A stretch of 62,724 nt of DNA from a virus (lineage: Duplodnaviria > Caudoviricetes), in IMG/VR virus record IMGVR_UViG_3300014323_000033, positions 1 to 62,724 of that record; one strand, 5' to 3'. Position 1 is the stretch's first letter. Every line of letters begins with the position of its first letter. The notes under the pieces were generated by a model that was not told the DNA's origin, did no database searches, and worked only from the letters and a program-made list of their open reading frames with translations. The translations under genes were made by a program, and so were the position numbers. Below, piece after piece: positions 18,414 through 27,712 of the stretch.

Positions 18414-21296
18414 CTAAACGAATCCGAGCCGCCCGTGGAATTGGTGTTGCCCCCAGCGGCGGTACTTGTTGAAGGTCGCCTGCGTCACCTTGCTCGGCAC
18501 GATGACGAGGTCGTGGACGACGCCGTGGAACTGCAGCGCGTTCCAGGTCAAAAACACGATCAGGCGGTCGATCGTGCTGAGCGCCGAGCCCTGGGAGCCG
18601 GAGAATTCCTCCGTCTTGCCCGCCCACATGTTGGCCGTGCCGCCGCCGACGGCCCACCCGAAGCAATTGGGCACGTCGCACACGTCGTTAGTTCCGACCG
18701 CGGGCGATCCGGAAGTGTCGACCCGCATCTTGTCGGACAGCTCCATTGAGAAGAACGCGGTTTCGCTGAGCGCCCCGTTGACCCAATCGCACACGGGCGG
18801 GTAGGTACTGCGGCCGCCGTCAACGGTCGCGGTCAGCAAGACCGAATAACTCGGGTTCGTTCCGTTCGGCAGCCCGCGCAGCGTCGCGGTCGTAGCGGCG
18901 TTCCCGTCGCTCGACTGGAATTGGTAGAACTGTACGCCGGTGAACGCGCCGCCGACGGAGTTGCCACCCCACGCCGGCGCATTCGCGCCCGTCGGCTGGA
19001 CGAGGTGGCACGAGTTGCCCGAGCGGTCGGTGACGCTCTTGATCGCGTCGCCCACCTCGCACGCATCGCTGAGCGCGGTGTCCTCGAAAACGAAGCCGTC
19101 GAGGAAGGACCACCAGGCGACCGGCGAGAGCTGCGCCGGGGTCCACTCGGCGGTGCCGCTCGGCGCGCGCGTGATGATCTCGATCGCGAGCCGCATGTCG
19201 CGGTCGGGCGCGTAGGCCGTGAGGATCTCGCCGCGGTAGACGTCGATCGCCGCGCGCTTCGGCATTGGCAGAAACCCGAGCAGCGACCACGCCGCGGTAT
19301 TCGACAGCGTCGCATTCCACGTGTTGGCCAGGCCCGCGTCCTGGATCGCGTTCCAGTACGCCTGCTCCAGCGCGATCCCGATGCCAGCGGCCGCACTGCC
19401 CGCTGCGCCCTGCTGCAGGATCTCCCAACGCCCGTCCGGATCGGGGAAGGCGTCGATCGTCCCGCCGCTATCGAACGCCACGAAGGCTAGCGCCACGGTG
19501 CGCCCGTCGAAGCGGCCGGTCCTCGTCTTGCTGGTGGCGTCCGTTTTGAGCCACCCGGGCGAGTGGACCGCCGTGCCCGTGTTCGTGAAGTTGCGCAACA
19601 GGACCACGTTGTTGGCGATCGTGGTGGAGTCCCACTCAAACAGGTTGCCGTTGTCGTCGGTCGTCGGCAGCGCGTAGACGGCCGCGATGCAGCGGCCGGT
19701 CGTTCCCGTAAGCGTCACGGTGACGCTGCCGCCCTCGGTGCCCGTCGAAACGCGCCCATAGAGCTTGTGCACGAAGGTCCCGACCGTCGCGCTGTCGATG
19801 AGCGTCCAGCCCGCCGGATCGGAGATCGCGCCATTCTCCGCGGCGATGTCGAGCAGCAGGAAGGAGCCGACGCCGTTGCTGGGAATGGTCGGTGCGATCG
19901 ACACCGCGTTCAGAATGTTCGCGATGGTGCCCAGCGTCACCGTGAAGATCGGGCCCTCGGGCGCGAGATAGTAAGCGCGGTTCGAGCCGTCGCCGCCGGC
20001 GTTGTAGACCGTCTGCGCCCAGAGCTCGACGCCGCCCACGCGGAAGTGGACGTCGTAGTTCCCAGCGCCGTCCGTGTCGGTGCTCGACTCGACGACGAGC
20101 ATGAATTCGGTCAGCAGCGCGTCCTGTTGGATGACGAGGCCCGAGTTGCGTTCGTCGGTGCCCGTCGGCCAGGACCCGATCCCGGGGGACGCGACCAGGA
20201 AGCCCGGCACGCCGAATTCGGCCTCGCTCGACAGCGTCAGCACCGGCAGCGGCCCGGTCGCGCCCTGCGTGCCCTGGGTCCCCTGCGTGCCCTGAGGACC
20301 GGCGTTGCCGACCGCCCCCTGCGTGCCCTGGCTCCCCTGCGCGCCGGCGGCGCCCTGGGCCCCCTGCGCGCCGGCGTTGCCCTGCGCGCCTTGCGCTCCG
20401 GCGGCGCCCTGAGCTCCTTGGGCCCCTGCCGCTCCTTGGGCCCCTGCCGCCCCCTGGGCGCCTTGTGCGCCGCTCGCGCCCTGCGCACCCGCCGCACCCT
20501 GCGCGCCGCCTGCGCCCTGCGCTCCTGCGGCGCCCTGGGCCCCCTGCGCCCCTTGGGGCCCGTCGACGCCGTCCTCGCCCTGCGGTCCCTGCACGCCGCC
20601 CACGCCGTCGTCGCCCGGGTCGCCCGGGTCGCCGTCCACGCCGAAGGCACCGAAGAACCCGCCGGCGCCGAGCGGCCCCTGCGCGCCCTGAGCTCCTTGC
20701 GGGCCCGGGTCACCGACGCGCCCCTGCGTGCCCTGCGGCCCCTCGCCGAGGCCGCCACCGACGCCGCCCGCCGAGATCGCGCGAATGATGTCGTTGACGA
20801 CCTTGGCCCACGAATCGACCGAGTACTCGTCGCGCTCGCCCTTCACCATGGGTCGCAACACGAGGCCGTCGGGGCCGTCGACGGTGACGGCGATCACGCG
20901 CTCGACCACGAGCGCCGGATCGATCCGCGGCGGCGTGCCGGAGCTGCCGCCGTTCACCACGGAGCGCACGACCCACGCGGCCACGAAGTCGAGGTCGGCG
21001 GGCACGGTGCAGGAGATCGAGCCACGCGGGCCCGCCGTCGGCGTTACGAGCGGCCCGCTCGAGCTGCCCACGAGCTCGAGGTTCGGCACGTCGGGCTGCG
21101 ATTTCCCGGGCGGGTTCGCCGTGAGCACGCTCTCGTTCGTGCGCGCGCCGCCGGCGACCTGGAGCTCCCACGCGAACACGCCCTCGGGATCGAGCAGCGT
21201 GAAAGTGAGCACGTCGCCGGGCAGAGCCACGAAGCCGCGTTCGTCGCTCTCGACGTCTCGAGCTTCACAACGGATCTTGAAATCGGGGCGGGCCAC
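18414..21296 (-). CDS. Collagen-like tail fibre with C-terminal lectin/LamG-like domain
   Basis: Long (G-X-Q)n stretch; beta-rich C-terminus starting WTPAQL..AWW; located at the end of the tail operon. Confidence 0.8.
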   Translation of the reverse strand: MARPDFKIRCEARDVESDERGFVALPGDVLTFTLLDPEGVFAWELQVAGGARTNESVLTANPPGKSQPDVPNLELVGSSSGPLVTPTAGPRGSISCTVPADLDFVAAWVVRSVVNGGSSGTPPRIDPALVVERVIAVTVDGPDGLVLRPMVKGERDEYSVDSWAKVVNDIIRAISAGGVGGGLGEGPQGTQGRVGDPGPQGAQGAQGPLGAGGFFGAFGVDGDPGDPGDDGVGGVQGPQGEDGVDGPQGAQGAQGAAGAQGAGGAQGAAGAQGASGAQGAQGAAGAQGAAGAQGAQGAAGAQGAQGNAGAQGAQGAAGAQGSQGTQGAVGNAGPQGTQGTQGTQGATGPLPVLTLSSEAEFGVPGFLVASPGIGSWPTGTDERNSGLVIQQDALLTEFMLVVESSTDTDGAGNYDVHFRVGGVELWAQTVYNAGGDGSNRAYYLAPEGPIFTVTLGTIANILNAVSIAPTIPSNGVGSFLLLDIAAENGAISDPAGWTLIDSATVGTFVHKLYGRVSTGTEGGSVTVTLTGTTGRCIAAVYALPTTDDNGNLFEWDSTTIANNVVLLRNFTNTGTAVHSPGWLKTDATSKTRTGRFDGRTVALAFVAFDSGGTIDAFPDPDGRWEILQQGAAGSAAAGIGIALEQAYWNAIQDAGLANTWNATLSNTAAWSLLGFLPMPKRAAIDVYRGEILTAYAPDRDMRLAIEIITRAPSGTAEWTPAQLSPVAWWSFLDGFVFEDTALSDACEVGDAIKSVTDRSGNSCHLVQPTGANAPAWGGNSVGGAFTGVQFYQFQSSDGNAATTATLRGLPNGTNPSYSVLLTATVDGGRSTYPPVCDWVNGALSETAFFSMELSDKMRVDTSGSPAVGTNDVCDVPNCFGWAVGGGTANMWAGKTEEFSGSQGSALSTIDRLIVFLTWNALQFHGVVHDLVIVPSKVTQATFNKYRRWGQHQFHGRLGFV
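20262..20740 (-). repeat. 9-bp-period collagen (Gly-X-Y) coding repeat
   Basis: GAQ/GPQ/GTQ triplets. Confidence 0.9.
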
Positions 21297-21328
21297 GCTC
21301 CGAAGCTACCCGCGCCGTGCCCGGCCGG

Positions 21329-21688
21329 TCACGCGTCGCGCTGATCGCCGACGACCGTGATGAGCAGCGAGCCCCACCACCGGTTGTGAAAAGCCTCGCC
21401 GATCCGCACCAAGTGATTCCCCGAGACCTCGGGCACGAAGTCCACGACGCTCGGCGGCACGAGCTCGAAAAGCCGTTCCACGAGCTTCGTCCCGTCCGGC
21501 TGCGTGACCGTGTAGACGAGCGGCAGCAGGACGCCGACCTGATCCCCGCCCGGCTCTAGCGCCGTGTTCGAGTAGTCGACGGTGAGCACGAGCACGAGGC
21601 CGACGCGCGGCTTGATGTCGGCGTCGCGCAGCGCGAGCGTGAGGCGCTGGTCACCGACGTAGGCGGGGGCGATCTTGTCGACGTCCAT
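21329..21688 (-). CDS. Hypothetical tail-region protein
   Basis: ORF in the tail operon, beta-rich. Confidence 0.65.
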   Translation of the reverse strand: MDVDKIAPAYVGDQRLTLALRDADIKPRVGLVLVLTVDYSNTALEPGGDQVGVLLPLVYTVTQPDGTKLVERLFELVPPSVVDFVPEVSGNHLVRIGEAFHNRWWGSLLITVVGDQRDA

Positions 21689-21691
21689 GGC

Positions 21692-22111
21692 TCAGGAGGA
21701 GAGAACGTCGAAATGCATGATGACGCCGCCCCCGCTCCGGCCGCTCGCGAGCAGGTACCGGACGAGCAGCGTGTAGTGCCCGACGTTGCAGGGCGTGATC
21801 CGCATGTGGCTCGTCTTGCCGGCGACGCGCTCGATCGCCGGGGCGATGCCGGGCGCCTCGAGCCATTGCCAGTCGAAGCGCGCGCCGGCGAGCTCGGCCT
21901 CGCTCGGGGCCTCCGTGTCGCCCACCTTGCAGACGGCGCGAATCTCTCGGAAGCGCGTCGCGACGAAATGCCGGTGCTCGAGCCCGCTCTTGGCCGGTGC
22001 GCGATCGTCCTGCCATTCCTTGATCTGCAGGCTCATGGGCGGCACCTGCACCGTCGCGAGCAGCGGCACGCGCAGCGTCGGGTCCGTGAGGCGCGCGGAG
22101 AAGCTCGGCAC
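21692..22111 (-). CDS. Hypothetical tail-region protein
   Basis: GTG overlapping the upstream TAG; start uncertain. Confidence 0.6.
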   Translation of the reverse strand: MPSFSARLTDPTLRVPLLATVQVPPMSLQIKEWQDDRAPAKSGLEHRHFVATRFREIRAVCKVGDTEAPSEAELAGARFDWQWLEAPGIAPAIERVAGKTSHMRITPCNVGHYTLLVRYLLASGRSGGGVIMHFDVLSS

Positions 22112-23298
22112 TAGCCGGCCACCTGCGAGAAGAGCAGACCCGAGTCCGTGCCGTTGCCCGGCATCGACCCGGTCTGCAGGCCCGCCTGCCGCCCGTTGAA
22201 CCGGATCGTATTGTACGTGTCGAGGTCGAAGCCGCAGCGGAACCAGGTTTGCGCGCCGTCGATGCTCGCGACGACTTGCTGGTTCGTGTCGTCGCCGTTC
22301 GGGTCCATGATCGCGAGGAGCACGCGGCCGGAGGAGGCGCAATCCTTCACGGAGATGTTCGTCTCGGCGACGGTCCAATCGCCTTCGGCCCCGGTCGGGC
22401 TTGTGTAAACGAGGCCGGGCACGGAGTTGTTCATGAAAACGACGAAGAGCCCGAGGTGCGAGACGTAGGTCGCGCGCATGGCGGCACCGTGCACCCAAGG
22501 GAGGTCCATGACCTGCCACGTGTCCCCGCCGTCGTCGCTAAAGCCGTACTGCGCGAGCGTGCCCGAGTTGGTCGTGATGTACGTGCCCTCACCGTTGCCG
22601 ATGATGCGGCGCGGCCCGTTGGTGCCGTCGAAGACGCCCACGGCACGGTTCGTCCACGTGGCGAGGTCGGTGCTCGTCTTGATGCCACCGGCGCTCGCAA
22701 CGAAGCCGAGCATCCAACGGTTCATCTCCGGTTGCCAGAGCACGTCTTGAACCGTGAGGCCGACCATGAACCCGGGCGAAAAGCCCATGTCGATCGTCGA
22801 GTAGCCGGCGCCGATCTCGTCGTCGATCGTGCCCGCAGTGAGGAACGGCGGCGGCACGGTGAAGGAGAGCAAGCGCCAATTGTCGCTTGTGCCCGACGGG
22901 TTCATGAGGACGATCGTCTCGCCGGTGCTCTCCTTCGACGCCGCGAGCCACGGCTTGCGATCGAGCGAGGGGATCGGCAGCAGGCGGAAGTGAAAGCCGT
23001 TGTCGCGGCTCAAGAAGAGCGTCGGGTCGCCACCCGCGTCGGCCGCCGTGAGCCAGCAGTCGGGCCCCGGGATCCAGTGAATCAGCGTCATCGTCGTCAA
23101 GAAGCCCGGCGAGTAATAGACGCCGTTCTCGCCGTACGATCCGTGGTGCCAATTCATGAGGTGCGCGTAGTCGGTCCACCTCGAGCCGTCGGCGGCCGCT
23201 GCGGCGTTCGCGTTGATCTGCGTGATCTGCTCGGCCGTGACGGGCTGGATGCCCGACCACCCGCCGGGGTTTGGATTCGGGAAAGGGTACTGCGGCAC
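22111..23298 (-). CDS. Asp-box (BNR) repeat beta-propeller, putative receptor-binding/tail protein
   Basis: SRDNGFHF, STDLATW, SDDGGDTW, SIDGAQTW repeats. Confidence 0.72.
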   Translation of the reverse strand: MPQYPFPNPNPGGWSGIQPVTAEQITQINANAAAAADGSRWTDYAHLMNWHHGSYGENGVYYSPGFLTTMTLIHWIPGPDCWLTAADAGGDPTLFLSRDNGFHFRLLPIPSLDRKPWLAASKESTGETIVLMNPSGTSDNWRLLSFTVPPPFLTAGTIDDEIGAGYSTIDMGFSPGFMVGLTVQDVLWQPEMNRWMLGFVASAGGIKTSTDLATWTNRAVGVFDGTNGPRRIIGNGEGTYITTNSGTLAQYGFSDDGGDTWQVMDLPWVHGAAMRATYVSHLGLFVVFMNNSVPGLVYTSPTGAEGDWTVAETNISVKDCASSGRVLLAIMDPNGDDTNQQVVASIDGAQTWFRCGFDLDTYNTIRFNGRQAGLQTGSMPGNGTDSGLLFSQVAG

Positions 23299-23303
23299 GC
23301 CCG

Positions 23304-23987
23304 TTAGGGTGTCACGTCGGGGACGGCCAGGTCTAGGAGCGAGAGGCCCGTCGAAAAGCCTTGGTGCGTCACGAGGTACCAGCTCATCCAAGCGGGCATC
23401 GCGCCCGAGAGGTACCGCCGCGCCGTGCCGAGGGCGCGCCGCTCGAGCTCGCCCGGCGCCTCGCCGTCGTCGAGCACGAGCACGAAAGCCACGTCGAAGG
23501 CGTCGGAGTAATTCGCCCAGGCCGTCTCGTTGTGCGGGCCGAGGTTGAACGGGTTCGTGCCGTCGGTGGGCGCGAAGAGCCGGCCCGCCTGCGTGACCGT
23601 GGTCTGCTCGGGCTCGACCGTGGCGAGCGCGAAGCGGCTGTCGATCGTCTTGAGGTGCGCGAGGATTTCGGAGAGCACGCCGTCGTAGGCGCCGAGCTCG
23701 TAGTCGTTCGCCTGCTCGCGCGCCTGCTGGTCGTTGTCCGTGTCGGGAATGTCGAAGAGCCGCCGGAAGAACGCCACGTTGACGGCGCTGCCCGGGTACA
23801 TCTGGTTCGCGGCGCGCTCGGCGAGGCCGGCGACCATGGCGAGCCCTTCGGCGCGTGCCTCGCGCCAACGCTGCTCGGCGCCGTCCTCGGCCGACGCGTG
23901 CCCACGGCCGACGAGCGTGCGCAGCGCGTCGAGGCTTTCCTCAACCGGCTCGGGCCCGCCGCCCCACTGCAGAGGCCAAGAAGGCAT
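23304..23987 (-). CDS. Putative baseplate wedge protein (Mu gp48/DUF2313-like position)
   Basis: Downstream of baseplate J; ends in ..MPAW; assignment mostly by synteny. Confidence 0.55.
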   Translation of the reverse strand: MPSWPLQWGGGPEPVEESLDALRTLVGRGHASAEDGAEQRWREARAEGLAMVAGLAERAANQMYPGSAVNVAFFRRLFDIPDTDNDQQAREQANDYELGAYDGVLSEILAHLKTIDSRFALATVEPEQTTVTQAGRLFAPTDGTNPFNLGPHNETAWANYSDAFDVAFVLVLDDGEAPGELERRALGTARRYLSGAMPAWMSWYLVTHQGFSTGLSLLDLAVPDVTP

Positions 23988-23990
23988 CGG

Positions 23991-24497
23991 CTACCAGAGC
24001 GCGACGAAGAGCGGCGCGTCGAGCCCCGCGACCGCCGCGCCCGTGTCGAGGTACGTGCAGGTGACGCTCACGCCCGAGGAGAGCGGCGCCGTCGGTTTGA
24101 TGCCGGGCTGGAAGTACGATTTCGAATCGCTCTGCACGTTGGCCACGCCGCCGCGGAAGACGAGCGGCTGCCCCTCGCCGTTGCGGTCGGGCACCGTGGC
24201 CGGGTACGTGATGGTCACCACGCCGTCGGTCACGTCGATCTCGGGCGGCGCGTAGGGCCCGGTCGAGGAGCGCTCGCGGTTCCAAGCTTCCCACCGGAAG
24301 TCGAGCGAGCCGTCGGCGTTGATGATGAGCACGGCGAGCGCGGCGACCTGCCCGAGCCCCGTGAGTTGGTGGAACATGAGCCGCCCCGTGGTCTCGGCGT
24401 CGAGGTCCTTCTCGGGCGAGCGCACGGGCGTGCGGTTCACGGGCTCGGGCCCGAAGTCGGACCGAACCGGTTTGATCGGGAAGCCGCCGTCACTCAT
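23991..24497 (-). CDS. Hypothetical baseplate-region protein
   Basis: ORF with RBS, between baseplate genes. Confidence 0.65.
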   Translation of the reverse strand: MSDGGFPIKPVRSDFGPEPVNRTPVRSPEKDLDAETTGRLMFHQLTGLGQVAALAVLIINADGSLDFRWEAWNRERSSTGPYAPPEIDVTDGVVTITYPATVPDRNGEGQPLVFRGGVANVQSDSKSYFQPGIKPTAPLSSGVSVTCTYLDTGAAVAGLDAPLFVALW

Positions 24498-24506
24498 GGG
24501 AGCACC

Positions 24507-26072
24507 TCAGAAATCGTACACGCCGACGTTGCGGGGAACCAGCATGTAGGGGCCGTCGCTCACGTTCACCGGCACGCGGGGCTCGCTCGGCGTCATGTCG
24601 AGGAGCGTGAAGCGGAAGAGCGACGCCCCGAGCGCGTCCTCGACGTACCGTTGGATGCCGCTGCCGCCGAAGTAGCTGGCGCGGATCGAGGGCTCGACGC
24701 GGCGGAAGGCCACCGGGCCCCGAATGTCGTTGGCGAGGTCCACCACCTCACCCGGGCCGAGCGAATCGAAGTAGTCGCGGATCGCCTTGCCGAGCTCGAC
24801 GAGCCGGCCCGAGTAGGGCGAGACGCGCGCGCCCACGGGCAAGGCCTCGCCACCGACCGAGAGCGCAACGTCGAATTGCCCCGGGTCGCCGGCGGCCACC
24901 ACGCTCGAGACCTGCAAGCGTTTGAAGATCGAGAGCGCGGGGTCCCACCACATGAGTTGCGGGATCACGTCGCCCGACGGCGTCGCCTCCTCCTGCGTTT
25001 GCATGCGGAAGCCGGAAGTACTCGGCGCCGGCGTGTCGAGCACGACCGCGGGCTGCTCGTCGCCGTGCGGCCACGCGATGGCGTCGAACCAACCGGCGTT
25101 CGTGTTGCGCCGCATGCCGAGCCGCAGCACGACGTCGGAGTACTCGGGCTGCCACGGCGTCACGATCGTTCGCACCTGCCCGGGGACCTCGCCGCTCACG
25201 GGCGGCGTGAGGAACCCGCGCACGACCGTCATGGTGCCGACGCTCGGCAGGCGGCCGAGCGGGCCCGTGCTCGTGCCGCGCTTCTGCACGACGGCCACGC
25301 CCACCGAGCCCGAATGATCGGCGGTCGGGTAGACGAACGCATCGCTCACGGCGTTCGAGGCCTGCCGCGCCCAGAGCCGGAAATGCGCCTCGTTGCCGGC
25401 GCCGGCGGGCCGAGCTCGGAGGTCGATCAGGCGCGCCGAAAACTCGGCGTCGGTCTCGCGGTTCGTTCCGCCGGTGAACGCGACCTCGACGGTGCACGTG
25501 GGCGCCGAGCCCGGCGGCGGGTTGACCCACTTGAGCACGGCGCCGACCTGCAGCTCCGTGTCGGGGCCGGTGCTCACGCCCTGCACGGCGAGGAGGACGC
25601 CCTCGTCCGGGTCGTCGACCTCGCCCGTGATGATGACCTGGTAGGTGAGGCCCTGCTCGTCGGTGGCCTGGATCGCGGTCTGGTCGGGGATCGCCGTCGA
25701 GCCCTGCCATTCCGTCCCGAGGACGCCGAGCGCGCGCACGTACCCGCTCGCGCCCGTCGCCGGCAGCGGCTGCGTTTTGCGCTGCGTGCCGTGGAAGGTG
25801 TAGAGGAACGGCGACGCGGCGCGGCCCGGGTCGATGTTCTGCGCCAGGAAGTCGCCGCGCTTCTGCACGACCTGCAGCACGATGTCGATCGCCTCGGCCT
25901 CGACCCAAAAGCGGCCGGGTTTCATGGTCGAGCGGCGGATCGTGGTCTCGTCGTAGAGCTGCCCCGTCACCGGATCGCGCTGCCCGCGCAGCGAGTTGCG
26001 GTAGGCCGTGAGCATGGCGTCGCGCGCTTCGCCTCGCGCGTAGGTGGGAAATTCGCGGTCGATTAGCGTCAT
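24507..26072 (-). CDS. Baseplate J-like protein
   Basis: A.ATG.V, FTGG...ETDAEF.ARL, AGN..HF..WA, AFVYP...GSV.V. Confidence 0.88.
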   Translation of the reverse strand: MTLIDREFPTYARGEARDAMLTAYRNSLRGQRDPVTGQLYDETTIRRSTMKPGRFWVEAEAIDIVLQVVQKRGDFLAQNIDPGRAASPFLYTFHGTQRKTQPLPATGASGYVRALGVLGTEWQGSTAIPDQTAIQATDEQGLTYQVIITGEVDDPDEGVLLAVQGVSTGPDTELQVGAVLKWVNPPPGSAPTCTVEVAFTGGTNRETDAEFSARLIDLRARPAGAGNEAHFRLWARQASNAVSDAFVYPTADHSGSVGVAVVQKRGTSTGPLGRLPSVGTMTVVRGFLTPPVSGEVPGQVRTIVTPWQPEYSDVVLRLGMRRNTNAGWFDAIAWPHGDEQPAVVLDTPAPSTSGFRMQTQEEATPSGDVIPQLMWWDPALSIFKRLQVSSVVAAGDPGQFDVALSVGGEALPVGARVSPYSGRLVELGKAIRDYFDSLGPGEVVDLANDIRGPVAFRRVEPSIRASYFGGSGIQRYVEDALGASLFRFTLLDMTPSEPRVPVNVSDGPYMLVPRNVGVYDF

Positions 26073-26527
26073 GTGCCGTCGCTCGCCAGGGGCTTAGTGA
26101 GGGGGATCGTCTTCACCTGCGGCCCCGCGCTCGGCGCCGTGAGGTCGCGGACCGTGATGTCGAGCTCGACCGTATCCTCGTCGACGGTGGGCTTCGCGTC
26201 GACGAGCGTGAGCATGCCGGCGGCCTCGAGCTCCTGCACGGGCACGCGGGATCGGGCCTTGAATTCGCCCACCGAAGACGGGTCCGTGTTGCGGACCTCT
26301 CGGAAGGTGTGCCCCACGGTCTCGACCGCGCCGCCGCTGTTGCGCTCGACCGAGTACGCCTCCTGCAGCATGCCGTCGAGCACCGTGGCGCTCGAGAGCA
26401 GGTCGGCGAAATCGTTCGTCGCCGGGTCGATCTTGTCGGCGAGGATCGGCACCACGGCGCGCGGGTCGCCGAGGTCGAGCGCCACGTACGCGCCGAGTTG
26501 GTGAGAGCCTGCAGCGGGGAGCGGCAC
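26069..26527 (-). CDS. Putative baseplate wedge/sheath initiator (Mu gp46-like)
   Basis: Size and position immediately before baseplate J. Confidence 0.55.
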   Translation of the reverse strand: MPLPAAGSHQLGAYVALDLGDPRAVVPILADKIDPATNDFADLLSSATVLDGMLQEAYSVERNSGGAVETVGHTFREVRNTDPSSVGEFKARSRVPVQELEAAGMLTLVDAKPTVDEDTVELDITVRDLTAPSAGPQVKTIPLTKPLASDGT

Positions 26528-26560
26528 GAGCTCAAGCTAACCGACGGGCGACCCGCTGGG

Positions 26561-26878
26561 TCAGAGCGGGCACGGCGGCAGCGGCACGAGCGGCAGCGAC
26601 GGGAAGCCCGGCGACGGCAGCGTGGGTCCTGCAAAGCCCGGAAATCCCAACGCCGGCAATCCCGGAAAGCCGCCCGCCGGCAGGGGCACCTCGGGCAGCT
26701 CGGGAAAGCCAGGCGAGGGCAAGCTCGGGCCGGCGAACGCGGGCCAGGCGAGCGAGGGCATGCCGGGGAAGCCCGCGCCCGGCAGCACCGGCGCAAGCGG
26801 CAGCGTGGGGAAGCCTGGCGAGGGCAGGGAGGGCCCGCCGAACGCCGGCCAGTCGAGCTCAGGGCCCGCGCAGCTCAT
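26561..26878 (-). CDS. Pro/Gly-rich tandem-repeat small protein
   Basis: Three PxFxGPxLPSPGFP repeats, Cys near each end; fills the gap after the spike gene. Confidence 0.6.
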   Translation of the reverse strand: MSCAGPELDWPAFGGPSLPSPGFPTLPLAPVLPGAGFPGMPSLAWPAFAGPSLPSPGFPELPEVPLPAGGFPGLPALGFPGFAGPTLPSPGFPSLPLVPLPPCPL

Positions 26879-26881
26879 GCG

Positions 26882-27712
26882 CTAGAGCCCCTTGACGAAG
26901 CTCGCGGCGTAGGCCGTCGGCGGAACCCACGGCGAGACGGAGCCGGGCGCGAGCCCGTTGATTGCGGCGGTCACGGCGCCCGTCCAGGTCGTCATCGCGA
27001 GCACGTAGGCGTCGAGCGCCGGCGCGAGCACGAGCGGCACCGAGCCCACGCCGCCGAGGTCCGCGGCGCCCGTGGCCTTGAACGTGCCGACCGCATTCAC
27101 GCCGTCGTCCGTCACCTCGACGCGCTGCGTGCCGTCCTTGTTTGACAGGATGCCGGTGGTGCCGAGCATGGTGAGCCGCGGGCCCTCGCCGCTGATGAGG
27201 CCGACGAAGGGCTCGCCGTTGCCGTCCTTGCCGACGCTCAGCATGTGAGCCTTGGTCGGCACGCCCGAGCCGTCGCGCTCGTACGGAATGTAAAGCGTGA
27301 ACTGGTCGCGCGCCTCGCCCTCCTGAAACTCGAACGTCACGAGGCCGCCGCCGTACCCGCCCCAAAGCAGTTGGCCGATCTTCGGCACCTCCCCGCTTGC
27401 GCCCTTCGTGAGCACGTCGAGGATCCGCCGGTCGCGGAAGCCGAAGGCGAGGAGGCCGTCGCTCGTGCGCACGGCCAAGTACTCGGCCCACTGGTCTTGC
27501 TCCTTGCTCGCCTCGAGGGGGCGCCCAAACATGCCGAGCGGTCCGAGCACCTCCTGCCCTGGCTTCACCTCGGAGCGCAAGCCCTGCGGGTCGTCGTCGA
27601 AGCCCACGCCCTCGAGGTCGTACTTGACGACCTTCGTGTCGTCGGCGACCGAAGACCGCAGCACGCGGCCCATTGCGAAGACCGCGTCGAAGGCCGTCGC
27701 TAGAGGACCCAT
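26882..27712 (-). CDS. Baseplate spike/assembly protein (Mu gp45/gpV-like)
   Basis: Follows the hub gene; G.FGRP and RD.R motifs, beta-rich C-terminus. Confidence 0.65.
   Translation of the reverse strand: MGPLATAFDAVFAMGRVLRSSVADDTKVVKYDLEGVGFDDDPQGLRSEVKPGQEVLGPLGMFGRPLEASKEQDQWAEYLAVRTSDGLLAFGFRDRRILDVLTKGASGEVPKIGQLLWGGYGGGLVTFEFQEGEARDQFTLYIPYERDGSGVPTKAHMLSVGKDGNGEPFVGLISGEGPRLTMLGTTGILSNKDGTQRVEVTDDGVNAVGTFKATGAADLGGVGSVPLVLAPALDAYVLAMTTWTGAVTAAINGLAPGSVSPWVPPTAYAASFVKGL

Noticed and set aside
20262-20740. Tandem repeats as a CRISPR array or DGR template
   Set aside because: The 9-bp periodicity encodes in-frame collagen; there are no unique spacers, cas genes or reverse transcriptase
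23361-26066. Long + strand ORFs antisense to structural genes (also 32420-34900, 41823-44378, 19563-21344)
   Set aside because: Arg/Ala-rich shadow frames expected at high GC, opposite well-supported genes
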